The notes beneath the pieces are model-generated. The model was given only the letters and a program-made list of their open reading frames with translations, made no database searches and was not told the origin of the DNA. The translations under genes and the position numbers were made by a program. Below, piece after piece: positions 27,009-43,709 of a stretch of 64,000 nucleotides of DNA (position 1 is its first letter; each line of letters starts with the position of its first letter). Origin of the DNA: the human T2T-CHM13v2.0 reference genome, Homo sapiens; assembly GCF_009914755.1 (NCBI RefSeq), contig NC_060926.1; one strand, written 5' to 3'.

Positions 27009-28130
27009 GCCATAAACGGCAACAACAAAAAAGGAGTCGTGTCATTTTGAAATATAATGACCACACAACCTGTTTCAGTAATTTGTGTCTTCTTTTTTGT
27101 TTCTAACAATAACCTCTTGAACCATCTGCTGCAGGTTTTGACCATAGTGATTGGTTGCTGAAATGGGACCCTGGTACAGGCTTCATTCCTAAGTGGACTG
27201 ACTAGGGTGTACAGTCAGCAGTGACACTACCTGGGGAGGCTGATGCTTTCTCAGTGCTGGACTTTGCTCAGGCCCATTAGCAATCCACAGCCAGCCTTGT
27301 GCATCTGCTCTCCTTGTTAACACCGACCCACTCAACAACCCTCATACTGCTGTTATTAATCAGCCATGCTGGCTTTTGAAACTCATGCTCAACCAGTTTG
27401 TCAATAGTTGGAACTATTGCAATATCAGGGCATATACTGAGACCAATGGCTTCCCCATCTACCTGCCTGCCTGTCACCTAAAAGGCATAACACTGTTATG
27501 TGGAAGGTTGCCTGCCTGAGAGGGCATGGGACATGTTTCACAAGGACTTACTGCTGGGGAAGATGAGTTCTACAGCAGTATCTTTCGAAGTTTTTCTGAT
27601 GAAGAACCAGTTATTTGTTGTTGTTGTTGTTGTTTTTCACCTATCATGGACCAATACCCTAAAGATTAATTGTTAGAAAAATGAAATTTAAAAACATACA
27701 AAGAACAAGCCACTGTTTTTTATTAGAGTCAACAGACAAAATCCCTTTGTCCAATTGCCATTAAAGTTTCCTATGCTTAATCTCAATTTCTACACTCATT
27801 TGATTGTAGACCAGTTACAGTTGTGGAGTGGCCTCAGTTCATAGATGACACTTTGAGTAGCACCATCCTAAAGCAAACCAGAATCAGGCATAGGTCCAGT
27901 TGAGAATAACTACCCAGAGACTGGAGTGCCTTTGAAAGAGGAAGCAGGCACACATCATTTATTGCATGCACATCTGTGAAAAAGCTGACATATTTGATTA
28001 GATTGTTCTTCCTAACCAGCTCCAAAAATACTTTTTTTGTTTATTTCCCATAGACAGGGACAGCATAGCCTTCCCAAATGCTCATCACAGGGAAATGCAA
28101 CCACAAACATGACTTTTCTCTTTAAAACAG

Positions 28131-28238
28131 GGCACAGTGGGATTTGAAAACCAGATCAACAAATGCCTGGAACTGGCTGAATACCTCTATGCCAAGATTA
28201 AAAACAGAGAAGAATTTGAGATGGTTTTCAATGGCGAG
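28131..28238 (+). CDS. GAD1: GAD67 exon 15 (108 nt; GTVGFENQ...MVFNGE)
   Basis: Acceptor aaacag|, donor GAG|gtaggt. Confidence 0.98.
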
Positions 28239-28576
28239 GTAGGTAATCATCATGGACCAGGTACACAGTATTTCCAGAAAAACTGCTGAGGGAAGCTCCT
28301 GAAGCTTCTGGCAACATGGGAAAATCAATCCCATGTTGCCAGAAACTGCTTCAAAATTTTTATTCTTATACACTCTTAATTCCTCTCTTTAATTCCTTCC
28401 ATGTCTATGAACTTTTCTTCTGGTAGCACTGGGATGACTTTTTCCTTTACATCTTTTAAAACTGTGTTGCTCTTGGCCAGCTTTTGGCAGACAAGAGGTC
28501 TTTCCTTGACAGGTCTGAATCCTTCATCATTCTTGGGTTTGTTTTGTGTTGAACCTTTATGAAAAAGTGTTTTTCA

Positions 28577-28705
28577 GGCTGGGCATGGTGGCTCACACCT
28601 GTAATCCCAGCATTTCGGGAGGCCAAGGCAGGAAGATTGCTTGAGTCCAGGAGCTCAAGACCAGCCTGGGCAACATAGCAAGACCCTGTCTCTATAAGAA
28701 AAAAT
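28577..28705 (+). mobile_element. Alu left monomer (FLAM-like)
   Basis: Single-arm consensus. Confidence 0.82.
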
Positions 28706-29914
28706 ATATATAATTTATGAAAAGAAATTTTACAAAACGATAAAGTGGTTTTCATTTCCAGGAAGCTTATAGGATGGGTATATTCTTACCTCCCAAGACT
28801 TGTTCTAAAATAAGGTTCTACTTAACATAGACTCATAAGGAAGAGAGCAAGATAAAATTGTCTCTGCCCTCAGTTCATGTGCATACTGCACACAGCAAAG
28901 TATTTGTCAGTGTTTACTGAGTACCCACTGTGTGCCAGGCCTCCTGCTAGGACCTAGATTCTAGAGTATTGAACAAAACAGATACATTCTCTGACCCAAT
29001 GGAGCTTACACTTGAATAAAGAAAGATAGAATAGGAGCCAGTGTTGAATAAAAGAAAATCCACTTATAAGCCAGTATAATATAACACTGCTTACAGTCAA
29101 CATTATTCTATTTATCAGGCAACCTAAACTACTAGGAACACATGTGAATCACAATGAACAAAAAAGAGCCCTGGGCAGTTTAAAATCAGTGACACTGCTC
29201 TGATCATTTACACACTACTTTAAACACTCTTAATAGCAGATTAAAAACAACAAATGTGATATCTCAAACCAATTAGAGGCAGGCACAGTAATGGCAAACA
29301 GCAACCAGCGAGAAAACTTTATAGCAAGAATAGGGAAGAACTCAAAAAGCACAGGAATCTTTAGAGGAGGGACACTAAACAGTTTGAGGCATCTCAACAG
29401 GCCTTGCCTTATGCTGTAGAAACAGTCTTTTGGTTTTTTTTAGGAGCAACCCTATTAATTGATATATCCAGTCTTAATGTTTGTTATGATAGTCCTGAGT
29501 CATCAAGAAAAGATTCAATATCAATATAATAAACTCAATAAAATATTCATCAGCATCCATAAACTATGTTTCAATTATCTTCTATATGTGAGGCACTACA
29601 AAATGACAACATGGACAGACGGATACCTTTTTTAAAAAATTGCCCAAATGTAATTATTTGTAACATTTCAATGTTTAAAGTCGGTAACTTTAGTTACCTA
29701 GAAAATTGGTTGTAGGGAACAGCTCTCTTGCCACATATGATTGGATAAATGAGGCATTGTTCTCCCTGGTGTGGAAGTAACATTGCCTTTGAGATGAACA
29801 TTCAACCTCTTTCTTTGGTCCAAGAGACTTCCACCAAGGATGCATATTGGTTTGGGAACAGCTTTCTCTCAAGTTATCCTAATTTTCTTTGTTTGTCTTT
29901 TAAAATCTCTGCAG

Positions 29915-30004
29915 CCTGAGCACACAAACGTCTGTTTTTGGTATATTCCACAAAGCCTCAGGGGTGTGCCAGACAGCCCTCAACGACGGGAAAAGCTACA
30001 CAAG
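29915..30004 (+). CDS. GAD1: GAD67 exon 16 (90 nt; [10 protein letters not shown]...EKLHK)
   Basis: Acceptor ctgcag|, donor AAG|gtatgg. Confidence 0.98.
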
Positions 30005-30819
30005 GTATGGACTTGCTTTTTGTCTCATCTAATCCTCTGCAATTTCTCTGGCTGGTCAGGACATCCTCATTCCAATGTGCCTTTCTAGTGGGGGAAATAT
30101 AAAAAATAAAGCCTTGGGGTGGGTTTCTAGTAATGGGGTGGTGGGGAGCCATCCTGTTATATTCCTCTTGAGCCTGCATCGCCCCCTTACTGTGGTTACC
30201 ACGGGAACTTCTAAAGGATGCATCTTGTCTCCTTGTCCTTGGTTGATGTTCTTCATTAAAGGAGCCCTATGCAGGGTAAGGGAATAATGTGCATATTCCT
30301 AGGGACATTCTAGATTAAACTGTGTCTGTTACAATAACATTTTAAGTTCAGGCCCACTGTAATGCTGATTCATTCTAACTGTTTTCTATATCCAGTTTAT
30401 ATCTTATCCAGGGTTCTTAAGATTATATTTAATTTATATAACATTTCATTCATCCAACCATTCAACAAATATTTGTTAAACACAGTCTGTGTGCCAGGCA
30501 GTATCCTGGGCTCTGGGTTATACAAAACCCTGAATTTGTGGTGTTGTCTATAAGAGTTTTTTGGTTTTGTCTTCATTTTTTATTTTACTATCATTGTTCC
30601 ATGACTGACTTTCAAAATTCGGTTGCACAGTACTTTCTGAGGGAACTTGTGACCAGGTAGTCATTTGATATTAGCCCCTGAAGATTCCTGGATATGAAAT
30701 ATTTCTTTGCTTTTATGTCAATGTAAACACAAATAGTAAAATGCAAGTTGGGTTGAATTGTTAAAAAGAGAGGGTGTTCATATCAATCTTGAGTTTTGTT
30801 TTGTGTTTTCCATCACAAG

Positions 30820-30993
30820 GTGGCTCCAAAAATCAAAGCCCTGATGATGGAGTCAGGTACGACCATGGTTGGCTACCAGCCCCAAGGGGACAAGGCCAAC
30901 TTCTTCCGGATGGTCATCTCCAACCCAGCCGCTACCCAGTCTGACATTGACTTCCTCATTGAGGAGATAGAAAGACTGGGCCAGGATCTGTAA
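30820..30993 (+). CDS. GAD1: GAD67 exon 17, coding part (174 nt; VAPKIK...IERLGQDL*)
   Basis: Acceptor cacaag|; TAA at 30991-30993; known GAD67 C-terminus. Confidence 0.98.
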
Positions 30994-32260
30994 TCATCCT
31001 TCGCAGAACATGAGTTTATGGGAATGCCTTTTCCCTCTGGCACTCCAGAACAAACCTCTATATGTTGCTGAAACACACAGGCCATTTCATTGAGGGAAAA
31101 CATAATATCTTGAAGAATATTGTTAAAACCTTACTTAAAGCTTGTTTGTTCTAGTTAGCAGGAAATAGTGTTCTTTTTAAAAAGTTGCACATTAGGAACA
31201 GAGTATATATGTACAGTTATACATACCTCTCTCTATATATACATGTATAGTGAGTGTGGCTTAGTAATAGATCACGGCATGTTTCCCGCTCCAAGAGAAT
31301 TCACTTTACCTTCAGCAGTTACCGAGGAGCTAAACATGCTGCCAACCAGCTTGTCCAACAACTCCAGGAAAACTGTTTTTCAAAACGCCATGTCCTAGGG
31401 GCCAAGGGAAATGCTGTTGGTGAGAATCGACCTCACTGTCAGCGTTTCTCCACCTGAAGTGATGATGGATGAGAAAAAACACCACCAAATGACAAGTCAC
31501 ACCCTCCCCATTAGTATCCTGTTAGGGGAAAATAGTAGCAGAGTCATTGTTACAGGTGTACTATGGCTGTATTTTTAGAGATTAATTTGTGTAGATTGTG
31601 TAAATTCCTGTTGTCTGACCTTGGTGGTGGGAGGGGGAGACTATGTGTCATGATTTCAATGATTGTTTAATTGTAGGTCAATGAAATATTTGCTTATTTA
31701 TATTCAGAGATGTACCATGTTAAAGAGGCGTCTTGTATTTTCTTCCCATTTGTAATGTATCTTATTTATATATGAAGTAAGTTCTGAAAACTGTTTATGG
31801 TATTTTCGTGCATTTGTGAGCCAAAGAGAAAAGATTAAAATTAGTGAGATTTGTATTTATATTAGAGTGCCCTTAAAATAATGATTTAAGCATTTTACTG
31901 TCTGTAAGAGAATTCTAAGATTGTACATAAAGTCATATATATGGAAATCCTGTTACTTAAATAGCATCTGCTCTTCTCTTACGCTCTCTGTCTGGCTGTA
32001 CGTCTGGTGTTCTCAATGCTTTTCTAGCAACTGTTGGATAATAACTAGATCTCCTGTAATTTTGTAGTAGTTGATGACCAATCTCTGTGACTCGCTTAGC
32101 TGAAACCTAAGGCAACATTTCCGAAGACCTTCTGAAGATCTCAGATAAAGTGACCAGGCTCACAACTGTTTTTGAAGAAGGGAAATTCACACTGTGCGTT
32201 TTAGAGTATGCAAGAAGAATATAAATAAATAAAAATATTCTCCATGGAGAATTTGAACAA
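30994..32260 (+). other. GAD1: GAD1 3' UTR (~1.27 kb, AU-rich, no recognisable repeats)
   Basis: Runs from the stop to just past the overlapping AATAAA; the 3' end is approximate. Confidence 0.88.
32224..32233 (+). terminator. GAD1: GAD1 distal poly(A) signal (two overlapping AATAAA)
   Basis: AATAAATAAA followed by a T/GT-rich tract at ~32262-32283. Confidence 0.9.
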
Positions 32261-32427
32261 AATTTTCTTCTAGTTTGTGTTTCATACAGAGATGTTTCTA
32301 ATTAGAGTTCCTTGGGTTGCCCATAGCCCATTTGCTTTCTATTGGCTGACTTTAGGTGATGCTCAGTACCCTGATTAAGCTGAAGGAGACTCGATCCACT
32401 GTCACAGGCTCTGAAGCTCCTCATCTA

Positions 32428-32731
<304 letters not shown>

Positions 32732-33012
32732 ATAAAATCATTATGATTATAATTAATTAAATGTGCAGTTCAAGCCTTGAGAAAGAAAAGCCATCCCTGT
32801 TTCTCCTTTTCCTACTTGCATCTTGGAGTTACATTCATTCAGTCATTCAACAAAAGATAAGTATTCCTTCTAGTGGGCATCTTACATCACTTGGTATCTC
32901 TGCTAACTGAGTGCCTCTAAGATCACAGAAGCATAACTTCCTGCTGCTTTATGCTTGTAGAGTGGTCCCCATTCACTTCCTAGGGAAATATATGTTGGTG
33001 CTGGATCATTAG

Positions 33013-33381
<369 letters not shown>

Positions 33382-34029
33382 ATTTTCTACAATATTTTAT
33401 TCAGCTATATTAATACAATCTCACTCATTTGGAATACAAGAAGCTCCCTATTTAGCACAGGTAGGGAATACAGAAGAGTCCTTTGTAATTAGCACACTGA
33501 TTGCATGTAACCATTGTATTAAACGACTCTATAGGGAGTGATCATAAAGCCACTTATTCTTTCTCTCACTGTTTCTATAAAACGCCCCTGGGGGCTGATT
33601 TTTTCCATGCCCCCATTTGAATTTAGGCCAATCCCATAGCTTTTCTGTCCTCTCGGGTGCATGAACAGTCTCATTTTTGCAACTGAGGGTCCAGGTTGAT
33701 GTAATAAGCAAAGTTTCAATTTTTATATGATATAGAGTTTCTCCCCCCTCCCCCCGATCTGGCACTGCTTCAGCTGCAAGCCTACAGTGGCAGGGAGAGC
33801 AAGGCTGACGGTGGGTGAGGTCACCTTTTTTCTTCATCTTTCAGCTTATCTCCCTAGCTCCTGTGCTTCCTCATTCAGGGTCAGGCCTAGCGGGAGGAAG
33901 GGATAACGTGACAAAGGTAAAATTTTACATGGCTATTAAATTGTCATTGGGCATCAAGTTCCCTGGAACATGAGTTTTTGTTTTTTGGGGGGTTTTTTTT
34001 TTTTTTTTTTTTGAGAAATTTTCTGGAGT

Positions 34030-34780
34030 GAATGAGGATTTTTGGAATTAAGGTAAAATTTAGATACAATGAAACTTTTTGTAGTGTACTGTGTATAGTT
34101 TTCTGTGGATTTTGACAAACCCATTCAGTCATGTATTAATAACTATCATCATGATCAAGGTCTACAACAGGTCTGTCACCCCAACGAATTTCCCATCCCC
34201 CTTTGTACTGAACACCTCTCCTACTCAGCCCTTGGCAACCTCTGCTTTGTTTTCTGTCCCTAGACTTTTGCCTTTCCCACCATGTAAATGGAATCATATA
34301 AGATTTAGTCTTTTTTTAGTCTGGTTTCTTTTGCTTAACGTAGTGCACTTGAAATCCATCCATGTTATCTCTATATCAGTGTTCATTCCTTTTCACTACC
34401 GCATAGTATTCCATTTGCATAAATGTACCATACTCTGTTTATCCATCCCTTAGTAGAGGGGAAATTTCTGTTGTTTCCAGTTTTTTTGGCGATTAGAATA
34501 AAGCTACTGGAAACAATAGTGTGCAGATTTTTCTGTGAACATAGATTTCATTTAACTTGGGTAAATACCTACGTGTAGGATTGCAAGATAACATTAATAA
34601 TATGTTTAATTTTATCAGAAACTGCTAAACTATTTTCCAAAGTGGCTGTACCATTTTGCATTCTCACCAGCAATGCACAAATATTCCAGTTGCTCCATAT
34701 TCTTGCTGACACTTGGTACTGTCATTTTCCCCCCATGCTGGCCATTCTAAAAGTGTTATCTTGTGGTTCTAATTTGCTTT
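34030..34780 (-). mobile_element. Old L1M 3' fragment
   Basis: T-rich antisense L1 motifs (aactgctaaactattttccaaagtggctgtaccattttgcattc). Confidence 0.75.
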
Positions 34781-34990
34781 TTCGTGAAGCACTTTTGAAG
34801 GATCCCTCTGGGGTCCTCCCAGCTCATTGCACAGGAGGCAGTAAAGGTTTATCCTCCTGCAACCACTTAGGACTCAGACCCTCAGGCCTGGGCCCCTGGC
34901 AGTCTACACTGTCCAGACCTTGTAGTTGGGATCCTTTCTTCTCCAAGTAGTACATTTGGCCAGGATGCCTTTTATTTAACATCAGTTACT

Positions 34991-35300
34991 GGCCAGGTGC
35001 AGTGGCTCACGTCTGTGATCCCAGCACTTTGGAAGGCCAAACTGGAAGGACTGCCTTGAGCCCAGGAGTTCAAGGCCAGCCTGGGTACATTGGGAGATCC
35101 CATCTCTACAAAAAATAAAAAAATAGCTGGGAGTGTGGTGGTGAGCCCCTGTGATGCCAGCTACTCAGAAGGCTGAGGTGGGAAGATCACTGGAGCCCAA
35201 GAGGTCAAGGCTGCAGTGAGCCGTGATCATGCCACTGCATTCCAGCCTGAGCAACAGAGTGAGACACCATCTCAAAAAAAAAAACAGAAACAAAAACAAA
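34991..35300 (+). mobile_element. AluJ-like element
   Basis: Consensus match. Confidence 0.88.
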
Positions 35301-35329
35301 ACCCTCCTTAGATAATCTACAATAACTGA

Positions 35330-35629
<300 letters not shown>

Positions 35630-37199
35630 AAGAAGGGCTTTATTAGACATACATGTATAGGACAAAGGGTGATGACATTATACTTGAGTACCCATTACTT
35701 AGCCTAAGATATAGAACATTATTATTATCATGACCTTAGCACTCTCCAACCCCGTCACGAACCTTCCCTGATTGGATGCTCCCCACTCTCTAAGAAGTGA
35801 TCACTATTCTGAATTTTGTGTTACTCACTCTCTTATTTTTCTATATAGTTTTACCACATACTCATGCATCCTTATTGTTTAGTCTTACCTGATTTTGTAC
35901 TTTATGTAAACAGAATAATACAGAATTTTTATACTTCTGTGACTTTTCTAGTCAACATTATGATTTTGTTTGTCCAGAGCTAACCTCTAGGGAGACTTCG
36001 TGCAGTTTAAAATAAAAAAGGTACCCCTGTCTTGATAGCTAAGCATCCCTGTGCCAGTGGAGCTGGAATAGACTTCAGCGCCTACTCAACCTATTGGCAC
36101 ACCCTGCAAACACGGTCTCATGTAGAAGCCTCATGGTTTTGAGAGTCACCTTTGACAATGGCTGCAGCTGTAATTCATTCATTTTTATGGCTGCAATGCT
36201 ATTACAGTGTATGAATATACTTCAGAAGGTTTATCCATTCTATTGGGGGTGAATATATGAGTTTTTCCAGTTTTGCCTTTAGAGATAACATTGCTATGAG
36301 CATTCTAGTACTTGTTTTCTGGGGTACATGTACAAAAGTTTTTCTAAGGTTTATACCTAGAAGTGAAATTGCTGGGTCACAATGTATTTATGGAACTTTA
36401 CTGAGTAGAGCAGTCATACCAAGTTGCATTTCAAGCAGCCATGCACATTGTGCTATAACTTCACCATCAGTTGGCCTAAGATTTTTGCCAGTCTGGCAAG
36501 TATGAAATAGTATCTAATTGTAAATTTAATTTGTGTCTCCCTGATTACAAATGAGGTTGAGCGCCTTTTCACATTATTATGAACCGTTTATGTTCTGTCT
36601 TCTATGAAATGCCTAAATCATGCCTTTTGTCAAATTTTCAATTGTTTGTCTTTTTCTTTTGATTCTTTAGGTATTCTTTATATATTCCAAATCCTAATTC
36701 TTTTAAATTATGTTTGGCAAATGTCTTCTTCTAATTCAGGGCCACCCTTTTTACTCAGTTAATGGTCTTTTCTGAAAACATAAGTTCTTAAATTTAATGT
36801 AAATTTATCAATTATTTTCATTGTTTCTGCTTTTCTTGTATGTCTTCTTTAAGAAATTCTTCCGTATCCCAAAGCCATAAAGACATTCCCATATATTGGC
36901 TTTTAAGTTTTAAGGTTTTATGCCTTTCACATTTAAGCCTTCAATCCATCTTGAATTGATTTTTGTGTTTGGTTCTTTTTTGAGACTGAAAGGGCTATTA
37001 ATAGCCCCTCAATCTTCCATATAAATTTAGAACCAATTCATCAAGTTTCTAAAAAATTCCTATTGGCATTTTTATTGAAATTTCATTGAATCAGTGGATC
37101 AACTGAAGAACACTAACATCTTTTTAATATTGAATATAGTAGCCATAAGTATAGTATGTATTTCCACTTAACTAGGTCATCTTTAATGTATTTCAGTAG

Positions 37200-37520
<321 letters not shown>

Positions 37521-38429
37521 CACGCAAAACTTTTGACAGATTTATTCCTAGGTGCTTTATATTGTTGTTATTTTTAATGGCATCTCTTAAAAATTACATT
37601 TTCTAACTGTTGCTGATGTATAGAAATATAATTGCCTTCTAATGAAGGATTTTTTTAAAAAAAGAAGGAAAGCAATTAAAAAGAACAACAAAAAAGAAAT
37701 GTAATTGCCTTTCGGTTGATGATTTTATATCCAGAAAGCTTGCTAAAACGCAAATAATTTGTTTCTTTAATGCTTTCTAAACAGGCAAATATACCATCTA
37801 TGAATAATGGCAACTTTGCTTATTCATTTCTGATTCTTATGTCTTTTATTTTGCTTTTCCTTGATATACTAAACAGTCCAGGATATCCAGTACAGCATGC
37901 AAAAGAAGTGTTAGTAGCAAGCACCCTTACCTGATTCCTGATATTAGAGGGAATGCTTTCACCAGTCACCATTTGGTTTCACATTTCCTTTAGTTTTTTT
38001 GTAGATCCCCTTTAATGGGTTAATAACATTTCTTTTAATTTTTAGTTTCTATAGTAAATAAATGTTTAATTTCATCAACTTTTTCTGCATTTGTTGAGAT
38101 GATCATCTTTCTTCTTCATGTGTTAATGTGGCATTATTCATAAACTAAATTTTCCATGTCTTGAGTCAGTTTTTGCAAGTTGTATTTTTCCAGGAATTTA
38201 CACATACTTTAAGTTTTCAGATTTATTGGCATAAAGTTGTCTATAATATTCTTTTATTTTTAAAATTTGTTTCTATCTGTAGTTACATTCCCCATTTTTT
38301 CTTAATAGTGTTAATTTGTGTCTTCTTTCATTATTGCTTTATCTTAGCAGATGTTTGTCAGTTTCATTAAACTTTTCAGAAAATGTTTGTCAATATTCTC
38401 AGTTATATGGTTGTTTTTTACTTTATTAA

Positions 38430-38828
<399 letters not shown>

Positions 38829-39302
38829 TGCTGTTCCTATTTCTAATTTCTCAGGTTGTATACATGGATCATTAATTTTGAGCTTTTCTTCTTTTCTAAT
38901 GATAGCATTAAGAATAAATATTTCCCTACAAGCATCCCTTTAACCATATACTACAAGGTTTCCACATATTATTTTGTTATCATTTGATTCTAAATACAGT
39001 GAATTTATCAATTTTCTCTTGTAGTTGGATAATTTTTGCTCTATTATTAGGTATAAACAAGTTTATCATTTTCATATTTTTCTGGTGATTTAAGCTTTTA
39101 TCACTGTGTAGTGACCAGTGTTGGGTGTGGGGGTTTTTTGCCTTTTTGTCTAATAGTCTATTTTGTCTTATATTAATATAGCTATACCACATTTCTTTAG
39201 ATTAGTCTCTGCTTGATATACATTTCCTTCTTTTAAGGATATTTCTGTATCCTTATGATTTAGGTTTGTGTTGTATAAATGGCCTAGAGCTAGATTTTAT
39301 CA

Positions 39303-39595
39303 TTTTCTTTTTTCTTTTTTTTTTTTTTTGTTTCTTTTGAGACAGGGTCTCACTCTGTCACGTGCTGGAGGGCAATGCCATTCTCATGGCTCACTGCAGC
39401 CTCCAGATCCTGGGCTCAAGCGATCCTCCTGCCTCAGCCTCCCGAGTAATTGGGACCACAAGCATGCACCACCACACCCAGCTAATTTTTGTATTTTTTG
39501 TAGAGACGGGGTTCCAAACTCCTGAACTCAAGCAATCCACCCACCTCAGCCTCCCAAAGTGCTGGGATTACAGATGTGAGCCACCATGCCTGGGC
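39303..39595 (-). mobile_element. AluJ-like element
   Basis: Reverse consensus match. Confidence 0.86.
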
Positions 39596-40885
39596 CTTTT
39601 TCTGACCCTCTTTGTCTTTTAACTGAAGGAAGTCATTCACTTCATTTATTGTGATTACTGATATATTTTGATTTAATTCTATCATCTCATTTTGTGCTGT
39701 TTGTTCCACTTTTTCTCTTCTTCTTTTTTCTCTGCTTGTCAAAAAATTTGGATTCATGGAGGTTTGCTTTTTGTTTCTTTTGTTTTTCTGATTTTCCCCC
39801 TCTGCTTATAAGTTATACTCTCTATGTCTGTTTTTCGTTGGCTACCCTAGATACAACAGCATAAATATTTTACCATTTCAAAAGTTAATAATTTTATTCT
39901 CCTCATGAGTCATTTAAGAATCCAAGAATAATTTTACTCTGATCCTCTTCCCAATATGCATACCAATGCTATCCAGTATTTTAAGTCTCTCTTCTAACCC
40001 CACAATTTGTACATTATCAATAATTTTGTTTGGTTGATTTTTGCTTGATGTGCCCACATATTTACCACTGCGTTTGTGCATGATTCCCTCTTACATCTCA
40101 GACCTTTCATTTGGGTCATTTTCTTTTTTCCTGATCTGCATGTGTTTGAACTTTTCCTTATTGAAGCCTATTAATAGCCCCTCTCTAGAAGGAGCTCTCT
40201 AACTTTGTCTGCTTCGTGGGCATCATTTCTGAGGCTGGTTTGAAAGCACAATGATCCAGGTGATTTGCTGCTTTGAGGATGGCAACAGTAACTCTTAGAT
40301 AAAACAGACTTTGTTAAACAGGAAATGTTCCAGTCACACCCCAGGGCTCTGCCTCTAGGCATTATGACTCTGTTATCTCTTACACATAAAGGATACCAGA
40401 TACATGCATCAAAATGTACCTGCCAGAATCTTAAATCCTTTAATCTGAGCAAATGATATAAAGCAAATTTATAAAGAAAATCTCACTATATTTTTGGCTG
40501 AAAAGTGGAATTCTTTAAAATAAATGTGGTATGCAAGGTTGCTTTAATATTCCAATAAAACCACTTCAAAATTCCTATTCCCGGTTCCCTCGTTCTCCAT
40601 AATGGACATTTGTGTTTTATGCCTGCCAGGCATCTATTGTTTCTTCTTCTGGTCATATCGCCTTCATTTTTCTTTGAGAAAATATTCTTTCTTCATTCTT
40701 TCCCAATGAAAGTAAAGGGATGAGCTCACCTTCTGATTCCAGAGGTAGTCACCCAACTCAAGTGTGGTCAATCAAGGCATTCTAATCCTCTGGGCAAAAC
40801 GGATGGACACCTGACCCTAGACAGGCTGATGAGATTCCTGAGGTGAGATCATGAAGCCCCAGACCAGTACTGCAGGCTGTACAAG

Positions 40886-41112
40886 CTTCCTGAGGCCTCA
40901 CCAGAAGCAGAGCAGATACTGGCACCATGCTTGTATAGCCTGCAGAACTGTGAGCCAGTTAAACCTCTTTTCTTTATAAATTATGCAGTCTCAGGTATTC
41001 CTCTGGGGAGCCCTCAAAGAAACTGTGTGTGGGTGATATGGTTTGGATGTTTGTTCCCTGCAAATCTCACGTTGAAATGTAATCCCCAATGATGGAGGTG
41101 GGGTCTGGTGGC
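40886..41112 (+). mobile_element. MST-family (MaLR) LTR fragments
   Basis: cttcctgaggcctcaccagaagcagagcaga...aaacctcttttctttataaatta and tgatatggtttggatgtttgt. Confidence 0.75.
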
Positions 41113-41242
41113 CTAACACAGGGGGGGAAAGAAGAGGGCATGAGGAATGGCATTCTACTTTGTAGCAGGTTAATGAGTGGGATTTTCTGTTTGCCCCAAA
41201 ATTGGTGCTTAGGATCCAATGCTGGAGACAAAAAGGCAGTAA

Positions 41243-41647
<405 letters not shown>

Positions 41648-42146
41648 GAGCTGGCCCTTCTAACACCAGCCATAGCCTCGAACCAGCCCCACAACCCCAC
41701 CACCTTCTCAGAGAAGAGAGAAGAGATTTGCTAGGGTTGTGAGTTGGGGCCCAACACCCCATTGCAGCTAGAGCCTGGAGGATGAAGAGGAGGCAGCATC
41801 CCAGAGGTGATATAGCCCTTCCACTCTGAGGGAAGGTGGAGAGGTTGGGAGAGGACCAGAGCAGTTCACGGCCCTGTCCTGACCACTGCAGTTCCTTTGA
41901 GCCATAAGCCTGACAAGATGGGAAAATAGACAGCTTTGAGAAGCTGGAACATCTTTAATAATCAAGGGTGTTCATGAAGTTACGGAATCTAAGCTGGTGG
42001 TGGTGCTAAGGGGTCCACTACCTAATGAGAAAGAGATAATAATCTGGAAAGGAGACAAAGACAAATAAAACCAGTTCATGTTTTACCCCACCCAGTTAGG
42101 ATTGTACAAAAATGTTTACAACTAATTTACAATAATGGCAGAATAA

Positions 42147-42800
<654 letters not shown>

Positions 42801-43264
42801 GTACCAAGGATCTTATTTTCTCCTGATAGTAGTCAAGCTGCCTTACTCTTTCCTATTAGGGAAAAACAAGCTTGATTGTGAATATTTTCCCCCAGATAAC
42901 TTCAGAGAACAAAAACAAAGAAAAGGGCCCAAAGTAGACTCAACCATTTTATGAGCAGAGAAGGACAAAGAACTTCGACTAGATTTCTATGTTCTTACAC
43001 ACTGAAAGGAAGGAGTGAAAGGACAGGCTGTGGGGTCCAATCAAGGCAATGGCTCCATGATGCCAGGGCATGGTGTTAGTGAAGTGAACAGTGGAGCATG
43101 GCCTGCAGACCTAGAAGAGCATCTCCCATGTTGGGCCACTGTGCAGCCCGGGGGACCTTTGGCACATCACAGCAAGAGCTGGAGAATGCCTCCCGGCAGG
43201 GCTGGAAGAAATGGTGAATTTCTCGTGGTGCCTGAGGGCACGGCATCCCCACCTGGGCCTTTGG

Positions 43265-43525
43265 TTTTTTTAAGTTTTATTTTCTTCTTAACTGACAAAT
43301 AATAATTATATATATTTATGGGGTATAATGTGATGTTTTGATACATGTGTACATTGTGGAATGATCAAATCAGGCTGATTAACTTATCCGTCACTTCAAA
43401 TACTTTTTGTTTCTTTGTGGTAAAACATTTAAAATTCATTCCTTTAGCTATTTAGAAATATGCGATACATTATTATTAACTATAGTCAGTCACCATGCCA
43501 TGTAATAGATCACCAGAAAAGCATA
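43265..43525 (-). mobile_element. L1MA-type 3' end fragment
   Basis: aattatatatatttatggggtataatgtgatgttttgatacatg motif. Confidence 0.75.
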
Positions 43526-43709
43526 CCTGGAGTTTCCTCAGATAATGCATACGGGGTAGCCTGAATAAATAGGTTTTTACTACTAATGTTGTAACCCTAT
43601 TTTTCCTTCCATGCAGATGTGGCCTGGGGAAAGATGGGAAAAAGGAGACCGGAGGCAAAACTCCAATCTCTCCTCCCTTCAAGCTGATCTAAAAACTCAC
43701 TTTTTTCTG

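Noticed and set aside
30817-30819. AAG rather than YAG acceptor for exon 17
   Set aside because: A minor but ordinary acceptor class; the frame and protein are correct
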